A DNA stretch of 64,000 nt, taken from the NCBI GenBank assembly GCA_030141605.1, contig JAQGDQ010000177.1:186001-250000 (forward strand), written 5' to 3'. Positions 1 to 11,520 of this stretch are shown here, piece by piece. This stretch comes from Tubiluchus corallicola. Lineage: Eukaryota; Animalia; Priapulida. The notes under the pieces were generated by a model. The model had not been told where the DNA came from. It did not search any database and saw nothing but the letters and a program-made list of their open reading frames with translations. Each line of letters opens with the position of its first letter. Position 1 is the first letter of the stretch. Made by a program: the position numbers and the translations under genes.

Positions 1-333
1 TGTGTAAACAGATGAATGCTAGGTCTTGCCTTTGTAGCTCACCTAAGTCCTAATCAGTTCAGTCAGTAAGATCTTTCAGTGTTGTAAACAGATGAATACT
101 AGGTCCTGCCTTTGTAGCTCTCCTAAGTCCTAATCAGTTCAGTCAGTAAGATCTTTCAGTGTGTAAACAGATGAATGCTAGGTCTTGCCTTTGTAGCTCA
201 CCTAAGTCCTAATCAGTTCAGTCAGTAAGATCTTTCAGTGTTGTAAACAGATGAATACTAGGTCCTGCCTTTGTAGCTCACCTAAGTCCTAATCAGTTCA
301 GTCAGTAAGATCTTTCAGTGCTGTAAACAGATG
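1..333. repeat. Tandem minisatellite, 79-80 bp unit, about 4.2 copies, alternating A/B variants; runs off the window start; lies in a CIAO2A intron
   Basis: AAACAGATG recurs at 6, 86, 165, 245, 325. Units 1 and 3 read gaatgctaggtcttgcc; units 2 and 4 read gaatactaggtcctgcc. Confidence 0.95.
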
Positions 334-470
334 CTTGGTGCATTTCTGCTGTCCTATCATACAAACAGTAACCTCCACCACTGAGTTCTTATTAATGGCA
401 TGTAATTTAAAGTAAAACTTGACCCAATCTTAAACTGTAGGTCAAAACAATCTACTCTTCAAACTATTGG

Positions 471-935
471 AAGGAAACATACTATTTTTTCAAAAACGAC
501 TTACGTGAAAGAATCGTTACCACACAAATGCAAGTTCATGTTCGCACCACTAGTTCTTCCCTGTTACATGCAGTTCGTCATACGCTAGTTAGACCGGCAG
601 TAGCGCCTGCATTTCGGAAACGCATTGCGCAAAAACAGGTGTTGTACCTCGCAGTTCAGATGTGTTAGTCTCTGACGAACTACACACGTTCGACAGCTCA
701 TGCGTGTGCATAGCAGTGAATTTGAAAAATTTGAATTTTTATCTTAAAACTTGTATATTTTTAAGTACAACACGCTGAATATCTTACATCAATAGTTGGG
801 CTCGCCCGCCGCTAACTAAGTTTTTAGTCTACAGATAATCTATAGATATCTATCAGAAATGCTTTTGCAGTATTAACTGTGTTAAAATGTATACTTTTTT
901 ATCGGATTTGAAAATTGGGTGGTATATTCCTTTAA
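471..935. mobile_element. Non-autonomous DNA transposon (MITE) with short imperfect TIRs, TTAA at the right end
   Basis: aaggaaacatac...gtatattcctttaa; 841-925 recurs at 42781-42857. Confidence 0.5.
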
Positions 936-994
936 TAAAAGTATCTATGCACACCAGTTAGGCTTGACTTTAATGAACTTGATGTTATTTGCAG

Positions 995-1044
995 GGCTGA
1001 CAATTAGAGTAAAGCTGCAGCAAGAATTACCATATCCTTATAAG
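995..1044 (+). CDS. CIAO2A: CIAO2A/FAM96A (MIP18 family) internal coding exon
   Basis: tttgcag|GG CTG ACA...TAT AAG|gtattc encodes GLTIRVKLQQELPYPYK, similar to human CIAO2A GLCLRVKLQRCLPFKHK. Upstream exons lie outside the window. Confidence 0.88.
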
Positions 1045-2662
1045 GTATTCTTTACTGTTCAAAATACATATAATTATACTTTTAGTCAGCAGTTTGCTAT
1101 TATGGATAATGGATTATAATTAGTTTACTCCTTCATTGACACCCGTTTTTATGAAGTTATGTAATACTTATATTCTAAATTTTCTTCCAAAAAATGTGTA
1201 TAGAGGATCCTGGAAGCTTAAGGTCAAATTTATTTATTTATCTACAATTTGAAGTACAAGACAAGAGTGTTTAATGATTTTGATCAGGGTTATGTGCGTA
1301 ATAATTATCATTAAGGGTTTATGTAAAAGATTAAACATTGTTATCTGAGGACCAAAATGCTTGACTTCAATGAAAAAGGTCTGCCGCCATACAAGCCTGT
1401 TGTAAAAGTAAAAACTATAGATACTTTTACTCCGGATAAAAATTCAGTATCAAAATTAAATTTTATAATACAACCTGAATCCTTCAAAGGAAATTTTGCA
1501 TAGTGGTAAAGCAAATATGAATTACGGTAATGTAGTATCTGGCAACCTACTGCTATCCACGAATATTGCAATTGTCGTTACGTTATATTCCCATGAATAT
1601 TTGAAAAATTGAAAGCTAAATATCTTGGAAAGGACAACACGGTTTTTGTTAATGTTTAAAGAGTTCAGTTTTTCTTGAGGTCTTCCACATGTTACAACAA
1701 TTGGCAACCTTTGTTTCAATAGAAATAATCTGATCATGTACAGACTTGCGGTAGCTTGATATGTTTAAGTATATTCTGCATGTGTGTTTACAGTGGTGTT
1801 TGTGAAATAAAGTGTTGACATGTCAAGTCGTCAACAGCCTGCAACCACAAAACTTATCTGAATTTGCAGAATGTCGCTCATTTTATTCTCTTGGCTCTCC
1901 TGCTGCTCTGCTCTAACTCAGTGCTACTTAAAAGCTTTAACTTGTATTTATAAAACACTTTTTCCACCATCCTCTTTTTATACAGTTCGGCATTCTGCAA
2001 GCTGAGATACAGCAGAAAGCCTGCTCATGTAGATAATATTGGCGTGGCCAGAATCTATTTCACGTTATCAAGAATAATTCTCTAGATGAGTTGCTGAGTC
2101 AAAAGAGATGTCTTGGTCAATTTCAAATGTATTCCACCTCTTTCACAGAGGCATCAAGGGCAGAATTGCATATCATGCCGTTTATGAGACTGCCTAAAAG
2201 CAGTTGTTCTCATGGCCATCCATCTGCTTGTATGGTGTGTGTTTTGTGTATATGTACATTGTTGTGCTTATGAACAGAAATAATTGTACCGGTCGAATGT
2301 CTAACTGTATTGTATTATAATTATGTGTTTTGTGCATATGTCAGGATACGTGTGTATATTATCTGTATGATATGAATTGTTTGATATGCAAATCATTTGA
2401 ATGGTTATTTGTAAATGTGTGTTTGTTTTTTAGAAAGGTACATTTTACTGTAGCTTATAAATTAATTTTATTTTTTGCTCGTGTTTTTATGCACCTACTG
2501 CACTGATAGTTTTATTTTTTTGTACCCGATGCATTTGTCTATGTAGTGTAGCCCTTTTATTACTGGTAACACTGAATGATGTATCTTATTGTATGCTATC
2601 AATTATGGCAAACAAATATGTATATATATATTTATATAAAACGGTATTATGTTTTTTCACAG

Positions 2663-2708
2663 TTGGATGTTCTAATTGCTGATGGAACCCATGATGCAGT
2701 GGATGAAA
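2663..2708 (+). CDS. CIAO2A: CIAO2A/FAM96A penultimate coding exon
   Basis: ttttttcacag|TTG GAT...GAA A|gtaagc encodes LDVLIADGTHDAVDE, similar to human LEIYISEGTHSTEED. Splice phases fit both neighbouring exons. Confidence 0.9.
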
Positions 2709-3320
2709 GTAAGCTTGATTTGAATAACTGCAGTTGATAGTTTGTTACAGTACGTGTTACTTAGAAGGTTAGCTTGATTTAAATACATAGCATGTTATAA
2801 TTGTAAATATAAAGGTAAATGATTAAAATATGGCTTTGTTCCAATTTTCACAGCAATGCCATTCAAATGACAACATACAACACACTGCGTAAAAGAGCAC
2901 CAAGCCAATGATAACAGACATAAATGTTAGTTACTTACTTAACATTATAACATAACAGTCTAATCACATTTGACAAACTGGGTTAACCAGTGGAAAATAG
3001 GCCATTGATGATTTTATTATTAACAATGGTTGTTATTTGCTGGTTAGTTAGAGTTGTCCTCTCTCCTCTGATGCTGATTTCATCGAAATCCAGCAATTAG
3101 CTAAAAGTTATTGATAGATAATGTCATACGGCCGATTCTTGACACCACTGTCAGTATCTTGGGCAACTCAAAATGAAAAAAATAAATGGGATTATTACTA
3201 GTATTTTCTGTTTGTCCATTTACTAACCTAGTTTCCCATATAGCCTAATTTTATTGATTTACTGCATGAACTGTTTACTCTAGACAAGGGCAATTAATCA
3301 TTGGGCAAATACGGCTATAG

Positions 3321-3700
3321 CAGGGGTGTGCAAATTATCCTGTGGGCCAGATGCAGTTTGGTCTAGGAGCCAAGTACAGTAGGACCTAATAACAATTTTT
3401 TTTGCATCCGATTTGCGCACATCATTACTACTGCACTACTACACTCAAGAAACTATTTTAGAAGTTATTAAAATTTCTATTAAAAACCATATATTTCGTC
3501 ATGTTCGGCAGCGACATTAAGTGATAACGGCCCTGTAAGGGTTAATGCCATCCGATCTAGAGGAAAAAACTACCCGCACTATCTTTGCGATATTGGCGCA
3601 GACTTCAGCTGGATCGCATGGGCCGCACTTTCATTTCGTTGACAAACCTCTTCGCGGGCTTCGCAAGATCTCTCAGCGGACCGCAGTATGCACACCCCTG
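3321..3700. mobile_element. hAT-type MITE
   Basis: TIRs caggggtgtgca / tgcacacccctg; 8-bp TSD ggctatag/ggctataa (7 of 8 match). Confidence 0.85.
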
Positions 3701-4676
3701 GGCTATAACCTTAGACCCTAAATGTTGATAGGCCTTCAGAGTCCTGCGACCGATGACCAATAAGGAAAGACAATGCTATTTAGTAAACAAGATAACAAAG
3801 TTATTTAAACTGAACATATTAAAGACAAGTAGCTTGTATTTTGTGCATTGCCAGTAAGCACTTGAGTGAGTGAGCATTATATTGTTTACAAAATATTTCA
3901 TTATTCATTGTAGACACATGCATTTGGACACAGGATTCTTCGCCACAAAACATTTAGACATAGGTAGCCTTGACCACTTAAGCAGTCTGGACTCACAGAT
4001 CATCTGGTCACATGAGTCATTGAGACACATAAGTCATTTAGACACAATAATTCAACACTTGTAAAAAGGATGACATTTAGACACATGTAGCATACTTCTC
4101 ATTAGACACAAGAATTCAGCAGTTGTAAAGAGTCCAACATTTTAGAATCTTCATCAGAGGTAGTCACAATGGCGAGCAGCAACTCGCCTTTTGGTTAACC
4201 CAGGCGAAAGGGCATGACAAACAAAGTCATTCCCATAGATCAGTAACAACAAAAGCTGTTGATAAGTCTATACAAAAACTGAAGAACGGCTCCATAACGG
4301 AAGTTTACTGTCCCTTCATTTAGGCCCTTCGTTTGTTCATAGTTTTACGCCGACGAAACCCCCCTTAATCTACCCAAACTCTAGACCATGATATGTGCCT
4401 TTGTTTAATTATTAACTTCTCTTTACAGGTTATTTAAGATACAAATGCAAGAACAAGATACATATCGTGCCAGTATCTGAAATCAAACCAGAATGATAGT
4501 AAAAAAATATGTAATGACAAGCTATTAATATGAGCATCAACTGACATCTGATTAGGATAATAACATGTGTTTTTGTGCATGTCTAAGAGTCAATCGTAAA
4601 TTTTGCAGTCATGTTTCGTAGTGTGGAGAAATACTGTTTTCTGCCAATCGGATTAATACATGTTTTATTTTTATAG

Positions 4677-4771
4677 TAAACAAGCAAATAAATGACAAGG
4701 AGAGAGTTTCGGCTGCTATGGAGAATGAAAATCTTCGTAAATTAGTGTTGGAGTGCATAAACACCTGCTAG
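4677..4771 (+). CDS. CIAO2A: CIAO2A/FAM96A last coding exon
   Basis: ttttatttttatag|TA AAC AAG CAA... encodes (I)[30 protein letters not shown], carrying the family motif [19 protein letters not shown] at 4769-4771. Confidence 0.93.
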
Positions 4772-4858
4772 GACTACTGAAAAAATCCACACATTAATTT
4801 ATTATTAGTGTTACTAAGAAGATACGCAGCATCATTTTTAGTATATAAACTTGAAAAT

Positions 4859-5665
4859 ATGGTTGTATTTCGACTGGATCCCTGTGGAATCTTTTGCATG
4901 GTGTTCACCTATGCAGCTGTTATCTATGCTGATTATGTCGTTATTGTGCAGCTAGTGATACCGACAATGTCCGATAGCCTTTTGGGTGCTTTTAATGTTG
5001 TGTTGTTTAACATACTGCTTGCACTGTTAATAGCAGCACACTTGCGTGCTATGCTGTCTGATCCTGGCATTGTACCACTGCCACAAGCTAGTCTAGACTT
5101 TTCTGATCTACACTCGGGTGTGCGGAATCCCCTAAGTCAAAGTGAGAGCGGCTGGACGGTGTGCGGAAAGTGTGAGACGTACCGACCTCCAAGGGCTCAT
5201 CACTGCCGCGTCTGCAGGAGGTGCATCAGGCGAATGGATCACCATTGTCCGTGGATCAACAACTGCGTTGGTGAAAATAATCAGAAGTATTTCTTGCAGT
5301 TCTTAATTTACGTAGGTGTTGCAGCCATACACGCTATCCTGATTGTTCTGATATCAGCGCTCAGACAGTGTGCAACGTGTCAGACAAGCGAGACTGATGC
5401 GCACACTAAATTGGTGCTTCAGGTTATACTTGTGATAGAGTGTTTGCTTTTTGGCATATTTGTAATAGCTGTGTTTGTAGATCAGATATCAGCTATTTTC
5501 GCCGATGAAACAGCAATAGAACAGTTACAGAGAAAAGAACCGTATCGTCCGGTCAAGTCAAAAACAGCTCTTATGCAAGAGGTATGTGGTCGCGGCCCAG
5601 TGTTCTTTTGGCTGTGTCCTTGCCATAGTGCTCCTAAAAGCTCATATGAAAACAGCACTGTGTAA
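4859..5665 (+). CDS. DHHC palmitoyltransferase, ZDHHC3/ZDHHC7-like, intronless CDS, 268 aa
   Basis: DPCG N-terminal motif, SDPG, Cys-rich CxKCETYRPPRAHHCRVCRRCIRRMDHHCPWINNCVG, four TM segments, DETAIE (TTxE-equivalent). First ATG is at 4859; the ORF track start is a GTG. Confidence 0.95.
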   Translation: MVVFRLDPCGIFCMVFTYAAVIYADYVVIVQLVIPTMSDSLLGAFNVVLFNILLALLIAAHLRAMLSDPGIVPLPQASLDFSDLHSGVRNPLSQSESGWTVCGKCETYRPPRAHHCRVCRRCIRRMDHHCPWINNCVGENNQKYFLQFLIYVGVAAIHAILIVLISALRQCATCQTSETDAHTKLVLQVILVIECLLFGIFVIAVFVDQISAIFADETAIEQLQRKEPYRPVKSKTALMQEVCGRGPVFFWLCPCHSAPKSSYENSTV

Positions 5666-6021
5666 TTTTAAGCTTTTGTATTTATGAAACTTCGTTACAC
5701 TTCCTCTAATTAAGATATTTGACGTTGTACACGTTTAGTCATTTAATTGTAAAATGTTTTTATACTTGTCATTTTAAACATGTATTATAAAATCTTGTAC
5801 GAACTGTATTTTAAGTAAGCTTCTGCTTTTTAAGCTATACATTTAGCTCAGAAACTAATTTATATCATGTGATTTGCTACTAGGACATTTGTTTCCCATT
5901 GTGCAAGAATTTTGTTCAAATTTTGCAGCAGGATGTTGTACCTATTCATGCACTTCTTCATGTATCAAGTTTTGTGATCAAGTAACATTAACTTCTAAGA
6001 ACAAGTTAAACGACATAAAAA

Positions 6022-6027
6022 AATAAA
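6022..6027 (+). promoter_or_regulatory. Candidate polyadenylation signal for the CIAO2A/ZDHHC locus
   Basis: AATAAA about 360 nt after the ZDHHC stop, followed by GT/T-rich sequence. Confidence 0.5.
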
Positions 6028-6324
6028 AACTTCATATTGGTATTGTCTTACTACTTAACTACCTTGTTTTGATATTAATACTTAAAATATTATTTATAAG
6101 AACAGAAAATGTCTTATTATTATTTGTAAATTCTATATGTTGAACTATATGTTATCCTGACTTTTCCATTCGTCTTCGGTTTCTCACCGCTGTGTAAGAA
6201 AACGCTCTTAAAGAGGTTTTAAGTAAGAGGACTTAACCTTGATAAAGGGCAGGATGCTGCCATGTCACAAGACCCACTGCCATCCAAGTGAGTAAGCGCT
6301 CCCTGCCACTGACTAATCTTCTAC

Positions 6325-6749
6325 CAGTAGCGGATTTAGGGGGTGGGCCCTCCCTTGCACGGTAACTGTTACAACACACCAAATTAATATTTTCTCTGAA
6401 TTATAAGCATTAGAACAATTTGCTAGATTCTAATGGTGCTTTATATCTGTATCTGCAAAAATCATATATCACAAGAAAACAGATGAAAGTTATGTACAAC
6501 ATGTATGCTATATAGTGTACATCAAAACATTGGTATGTAATTTTGAGTCATGGGTGAGGTGGCACCTGTTATAAACCAGTGAGCCTCCTTAAGGAAATGG
6601 CTTGTAGAAAGCAGAAAAGCGGTATGAAATGCAGCAAAATGTATTGTTGACCGGGTGAACCTCGCCAGGGAGCTTACATTGTTCCCCCAGACCCTCTAAC
6701 TGCTTTTCTGTTAGGCCCACCATTGTTCTGAAAATTGTATCCGCCCCTG
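6325..6749. mobile_element. hAT-like MITE
   Basis: Ends cagtagcggatt...atccgcccctg; TSD not preserved. Confidence 0.6.
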
Positions 6750-7809
6750 TCTGAGATGAGCCTCTGTAGCCGATTTGGTGCACATCCAGAATCTATATGC
6801 AAAAATGAATTTAGTAGTGAAAGCTGTTACTGGTTGCCCATTGATTGCTGTTATACATAAGTCTACAGGAAACATCTATTAATCTATGTCGTCTAAACAG
6901 TATAATTTGCCACAAATATACGTTAAGTACCACCTATGTTGTGAGGGATCCATCTGTAGTCGTAGGTCCAAGGGCCACTGTTGTCGAACTTATATTACAG
7001 TTTGCCTCATAACAGCATATCACTATGATTGTGGTTCTTGGAAAGGAAAGGGAGGTAGGAGAGTTGTTGTAAACAAAATGAAAAGCAGCTTGATGTCTTC
7101 ATTGTTTTAGCATAATAATCCCTATTTGATGCAAGCACACAGTTTGGGGATTCTATTCAATGATTTAAACTCTATAAATCAACTTTTAAACAATGTATTT
7201 CTCATTGTGCAGTTTGTTTATTGGAGATTTCTCAATTGGCATTATTGTTATTGGACAATTGTTGCATTTAACACTGTACACCAGGTAGTAGGTAGTCACT
7301 TACTTTCTGGAATTCTCTATGTATTTAATAGAAATTGTTTATAAATCCACTTACAAACTGCTGTATCCTGAACCTTTGGAAATTTCTGAGTATTGTGTAT
7401 CGAGCTCGTTATTCAGGTCTGCCGCAGAACAATGAGCTTTGGAAATCTTGGTTGGTACATGCCTGCTTCTGCTTCTGATCTAGTTGCTGTCACAATCGTT
7501 GACGTTTCTATTGCAGACGTCTTTTACAATTGCATTCCTTCACCAGGTGGATTTTATGGAAAAGTGGTCTGGCGTACATTCTCTACAGTCTTTCTTCTGG
7601 TATTAGCAATTTGTGTTTGTACAGCGTAAGTTTGAGAAAACCATGGAAACTGTTGAAGACAATACACAGCGGCAACACTGGAGAAAACAACTTCTTCTGT
7701 AGCTCACGTCAATGTGGTTGCATTAATGTATTGGTTATTTTTTCTATGTTACACACATCAGTATTGACTACTTTTGGGTCATTTGGGTACTATTGGTAAC
7801 TGAAGAGTG

Positions 7810-7920
7810 ATTAACTTTTGAATAAATTATATTGTGATCTACGTGATCGAAGGCTTTTGGATAATCTAGAAACACCATGAGTAACCTTGTTTGGGTCAGA
7901 TGCTCTTAACCATTTATCAA
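7810..7920 (-). mobile_element. Non-LTR retrotransposon RT fragment
   Basis: Minus strand reads MVFLDYPKAFDHVDHNIIYSK (LINE RT DxxKAFD motif). Confidence 0.75.
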
Positions 7921-9027
7921 ACAAAAATGAATAGAAGACTCTTATAATATATATAATACATACATATATATATATATAATATTTATTACTTATATATGCT
8001 TGTATTTATTTGTTATTTATTTATTTATTTGCCATAAAACAATGAAACAATGATAGTAGACATTGTGCAATGTGAAATATCATTCAGTATCATTCTTTAA
8101 CACCACCGTACTGGTTAGGATCGAAATTTGTTCCAATATGCTGTATGATGCATTTGCGTATAAAATGCTCTAACTTGTTGTTTCGGAAATTCTTTTATTT
8201 GTTCTGTTCAGAAGTGCTGTTCTTCTGCATTTTACAAATATACTACATTTGAAATTAAAAATGTTTTTGCAAACTAAACACTCCCTTTCTACCAACGTTA
8301 TGTAATACAAACACGGGATACAACTGGTTTTACCATCTTACTGCAATTCATTTGTCAGTGTACTTGTGAGTGCAGTTATAACCGACAGAATATTCGGATT
8401 TCATGATATTTGCACGTACATTAATCTCCCAATGAAACTGGGTGATTAATGAGTCTTACAAACTTTTTTTCGGTTAAAACATGGGTATTGGCATTATGAC
8501 GTACATTATAAAGTCACTGTATTTCATAATAATTGTTTTTCTAATGCAGTAACACAATTTTCCTAGCAAACTTACTTTGCAAAATGATTTTAAATGCTGA
8601 ACCTTTTGTCACCGAATTTTATCATTCACTAGTAAAAAGCCACAGTAGAAAGTCATCACTAATCACTCAAAATTTCTATCCTGTCAGTTGCCCTGTCAAT
8701 TTAATGTCCCGTGTTAAATCGAACGAAATAGTACAGGAATGTTCTATGAAAACCGTAAGACATTGTTCGGATATTTTTGTATGGTTACTAGAACATTTAT
8801 TTGCTGGAATACATAAAATTTTCGCCAGATCTACGACTAATTGTACCTTAAAGGAACTTGTCAGTGTAATAGCTATTACCATTGAAATTTCTCAGTTAAC
8901 AGGAAGCGAGTGTGTACGATGGAGTTTATGCACAAGAATGAATCATTGTTATTTAGTGAGGACATTATTGCAAAGATTCAGGCTGGAATTGACATATTTC
9001 TATTGTTACTTGGAATAGTTTAATTAT

Positions 9028-10001
9028 TATAAGCTAAAAATGAATAGTGACAAAATAGAATTTATGGTATTATCCCCAACAATTAACAATACTTAAAATA
9101 CAGCTGCTATATCCTTGCGAATAGAAAATGCTGTTATCGTGCAGTCAAAAGTAATTAATTTCTTAGGGGTTAAGTTGGACAACATGCTTACATGGGAAGA
9201 GCAGTTCATCAAAATTTATAAAAAAATGGCATTAAGTACTTCGTACTTTCGACAAATCACAGAGGACAGCTATCAAAACAAACAAAAAATCTAATTTACA
9301 AAACTTTAATTTTGCCCCATTATTTATATGCCTGCATACTGTACCAAAAAGTGAAAAGAGAGTCATACATCAAATTAAATGTACTTCAAAACTATGCTTT
9401 ACGATTAGTTAATGGCCATTCTTTGAAATCATCTCACAGTACAAGTAAATATTCTGCCACCTCTTTAAGAAACTCCATGAAAATCCCGATATTAGAAGCC
9501 CACAGAGATGATCAAACTCTCTTGTTTCTCTATAAATATATCAACAATATTAATTCTCCCTTCAAAAACAATAAGCTCCCACTTCTTAGAAACGCCAGTA
9601 TGAATAACAGAACACTAAATTTAAGAAACATTAGAACGAACAATCAATATGGAGAGAATTCCATTGCTAAGCAAGCAATACAACTTTGGAATTCATTATC
9701 GACGTCACTAAAACACAGCAGCTCTTTATCAATATTCAAGTCTAAATTAAAAAAAACATTTAATGACTCGTTTTGAATATCCGACATACGAACACGACGA
9801 TACTTACTCAAATCATAATTTCATTTTTCCTAGACCTTACTAAACTAGTTTATATTTTATTTTTGAATTTCTAGTTACACTTATAGTTTAACTTGCACCA
9901 GACGCATTTGCCCCGAACAGTGTATGTTTTTATTTAACTAACACTGATTGTCTGTCATTTATTATGATGGTCAATGTTTTTAAAATGGCAAATAAAGATT
10001 T

Positions 10002-10040
<39 letters not shown>
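9028..10040 (+). mobile_element. 5'-truncated CR1/L2-group LINE with (TAC)n tail
   Basis: Degenerate ORF2 C-terminus (KLKMNSDKIEFM, FLGVKLDNMLTW, AIQLWNSL...FKSKLK), 3' UTR, AATAAA, then TAC repeats. Related copies at 23.6, 30.2 and 45.6 kb. Confidence 0.88.
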
Positions 10041-10042
<2 letters not shown>

Positions 10043-10280
10043 TCACCACTTCAAATGGTATTGTCATCCTAACTATCATCAAGTCTTATGCTTTTCACAC
10101 TCCCATGTATTATTCATTGTGCAGTTTGTCTGTTGCAGACTTGGTAGTTGGCGCTTTCATCATAACAGAAACTATAGCGTTCAATGTCGTGCGAACAACA
10201 ACAAATGATAGATTATTTTGTGGAGCTTTGAATGGATTCAATCACACAGTTCTTTCAAATTCACTTATAAATTACTTTTT
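10041..10280 (+). pseudogene. Class A GPCR fragment (TM1-TM3)
   Basis: SNGIVILTIIKSYAFHTPMYYSLCSLSVADLVVG...LFCGAL shows the TM1 Asn, HTPMYY, LxxAD and TM3 Cys. No start codon and no DRY; bounded by a LINE tail and a MITE. Confidence 0.8.
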
Positions 10281-10310
10281 TCTTGACATTGGTGTCACGG
10301 TGCTAAATAT

Positions 10311-10627
10311 AACGCGATGAACATCAACTCAAACTAGTCAGTATGATTTCAGAGAAACTTTTTATTATAATTATGTAACAACGTGGGTAAGATGAGTATA
10401 AAGCGTAAATGCAAGCAGACTTGAATTCACTAAAGAAATGCGCTCAGAAACCGGATCGTGAGTCAAAACCTCAGTACGGTTATTGGCTCCGACGAGCGCA
10501 CTTCACTAGTGAGTTCTAGTCTGCTTGTATGTATGCTTTATATTTATCATGCTGACATTGTTACATAATATTAAAGGGCTTCTCTGAAATCATACTGACT
10601 ACTTTTGGGTTGATGCTCATCGTATTA
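10311..10627. mobile_element. Foldback/palindromic MITE
   Basis: About 140-bp imperfect inverted arms, e.g. tagtcagtatgatttcagagaa / ttctctgaaatcatactgacta. Confidence 0.85.
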
Positions 10628-10642
10628 CAAACACTACTATAT

Positions 10643-10911
10643 CTATTTCTTCCCATAGCCATAGCTGTTTTTATAATCATGGAAATCAAGTTCAAGCCGC
10701 CGAATTCTGTGACTGTTAAATGAGGACTTTTCCATGACACTTTCCCACTGTCTCTGTGTTAGTTTGGATATGCACATTTCTGGATCTCTTCCGTAGTAAG
10801 GGCAAGTGCTGGGAGAGTATAAGGCCACGTGGTGTTCAATCGTCAAACTTTTTTCAATCTTCCAAGATGTGAGATCGCCCTCAATGTTGTAGCAGGTTGT
10901 TGCCATGCGAG
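10643..10911 (-). CDS. Possible exon of an unknown gene (87-aa ORF from ATG at 10906)
   Basis: Strong acceptor ttattttcttacag directly before the ATG; protein-like composition; no recognised motif. Confidence 0.3.
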
Positions 10912-11372
10912 CTGTAAGAAAATAATTATAATGACGCTGGTATCTTATAACTTTTGTAGAAAATGCGCATTTTAAGTTCAAGCGCAAATAAATTTAATAG
11001 TAAAAAACAGCTCCATTGAAATGTCCGCACCACAATGTATTTTTGAGCTCATCACACTGGCAATATTTTTAAAGTATTGCATGCAGATATATTATTATTA
11101 TTGTTATTATTATTATAGCTCTTTCTTGAAGAAAAATATTTATAAAAATGGCATTCTAATAGTTGCAAGGACCTTATTATTACATGAGTCAATTAAGAAA
11201 GTGCCTATGGTTTAAAAACACAGTGTATGAAACACACAGATGGCAGATACGACGTATTCCATCATCATGACCTGTGACGAATTTCATTTGAAATTGTTGT
11301 AAATCACATTTGATTATAACTTAATTTTCCTGCATTAATAATTAGACAATTCGATTACATCGATATTTAAAA

Positions 11373-11435
11373 TAGAAAGAGAGAGTGTGAGAGAGAGAGA
11401 GGGAGAGACAGAGAGAGAGAGAAAGAGAGAGTGAG

Positions 11436-11483
<48 letters not shown>

Positions 11484-11520
11484 GAGAAAGAGAGAGTGAG
11501 AGAGGAGAGTGAGAGAGAGC
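11373..11520. repeat. (GA)n microsatellite
   Basis: Seen directly. Confidence 0.97.

Noticed and set aside
4769-4780. Stop-codon readthrough from CIAO2A into ZDHHC
   Set aside because: Would need two stops (TAG-G and TGA-A) to be read through, neither in the leaky TGA-C context.
4808-4858. ORF-track N-terminal extension of ZDHHC
   Set aside because: Starts at GTG; homology begins at the ATG at 4859.
8584-9018. 144-aa ORF
   Set aside because: No recognisable motif or splice context.
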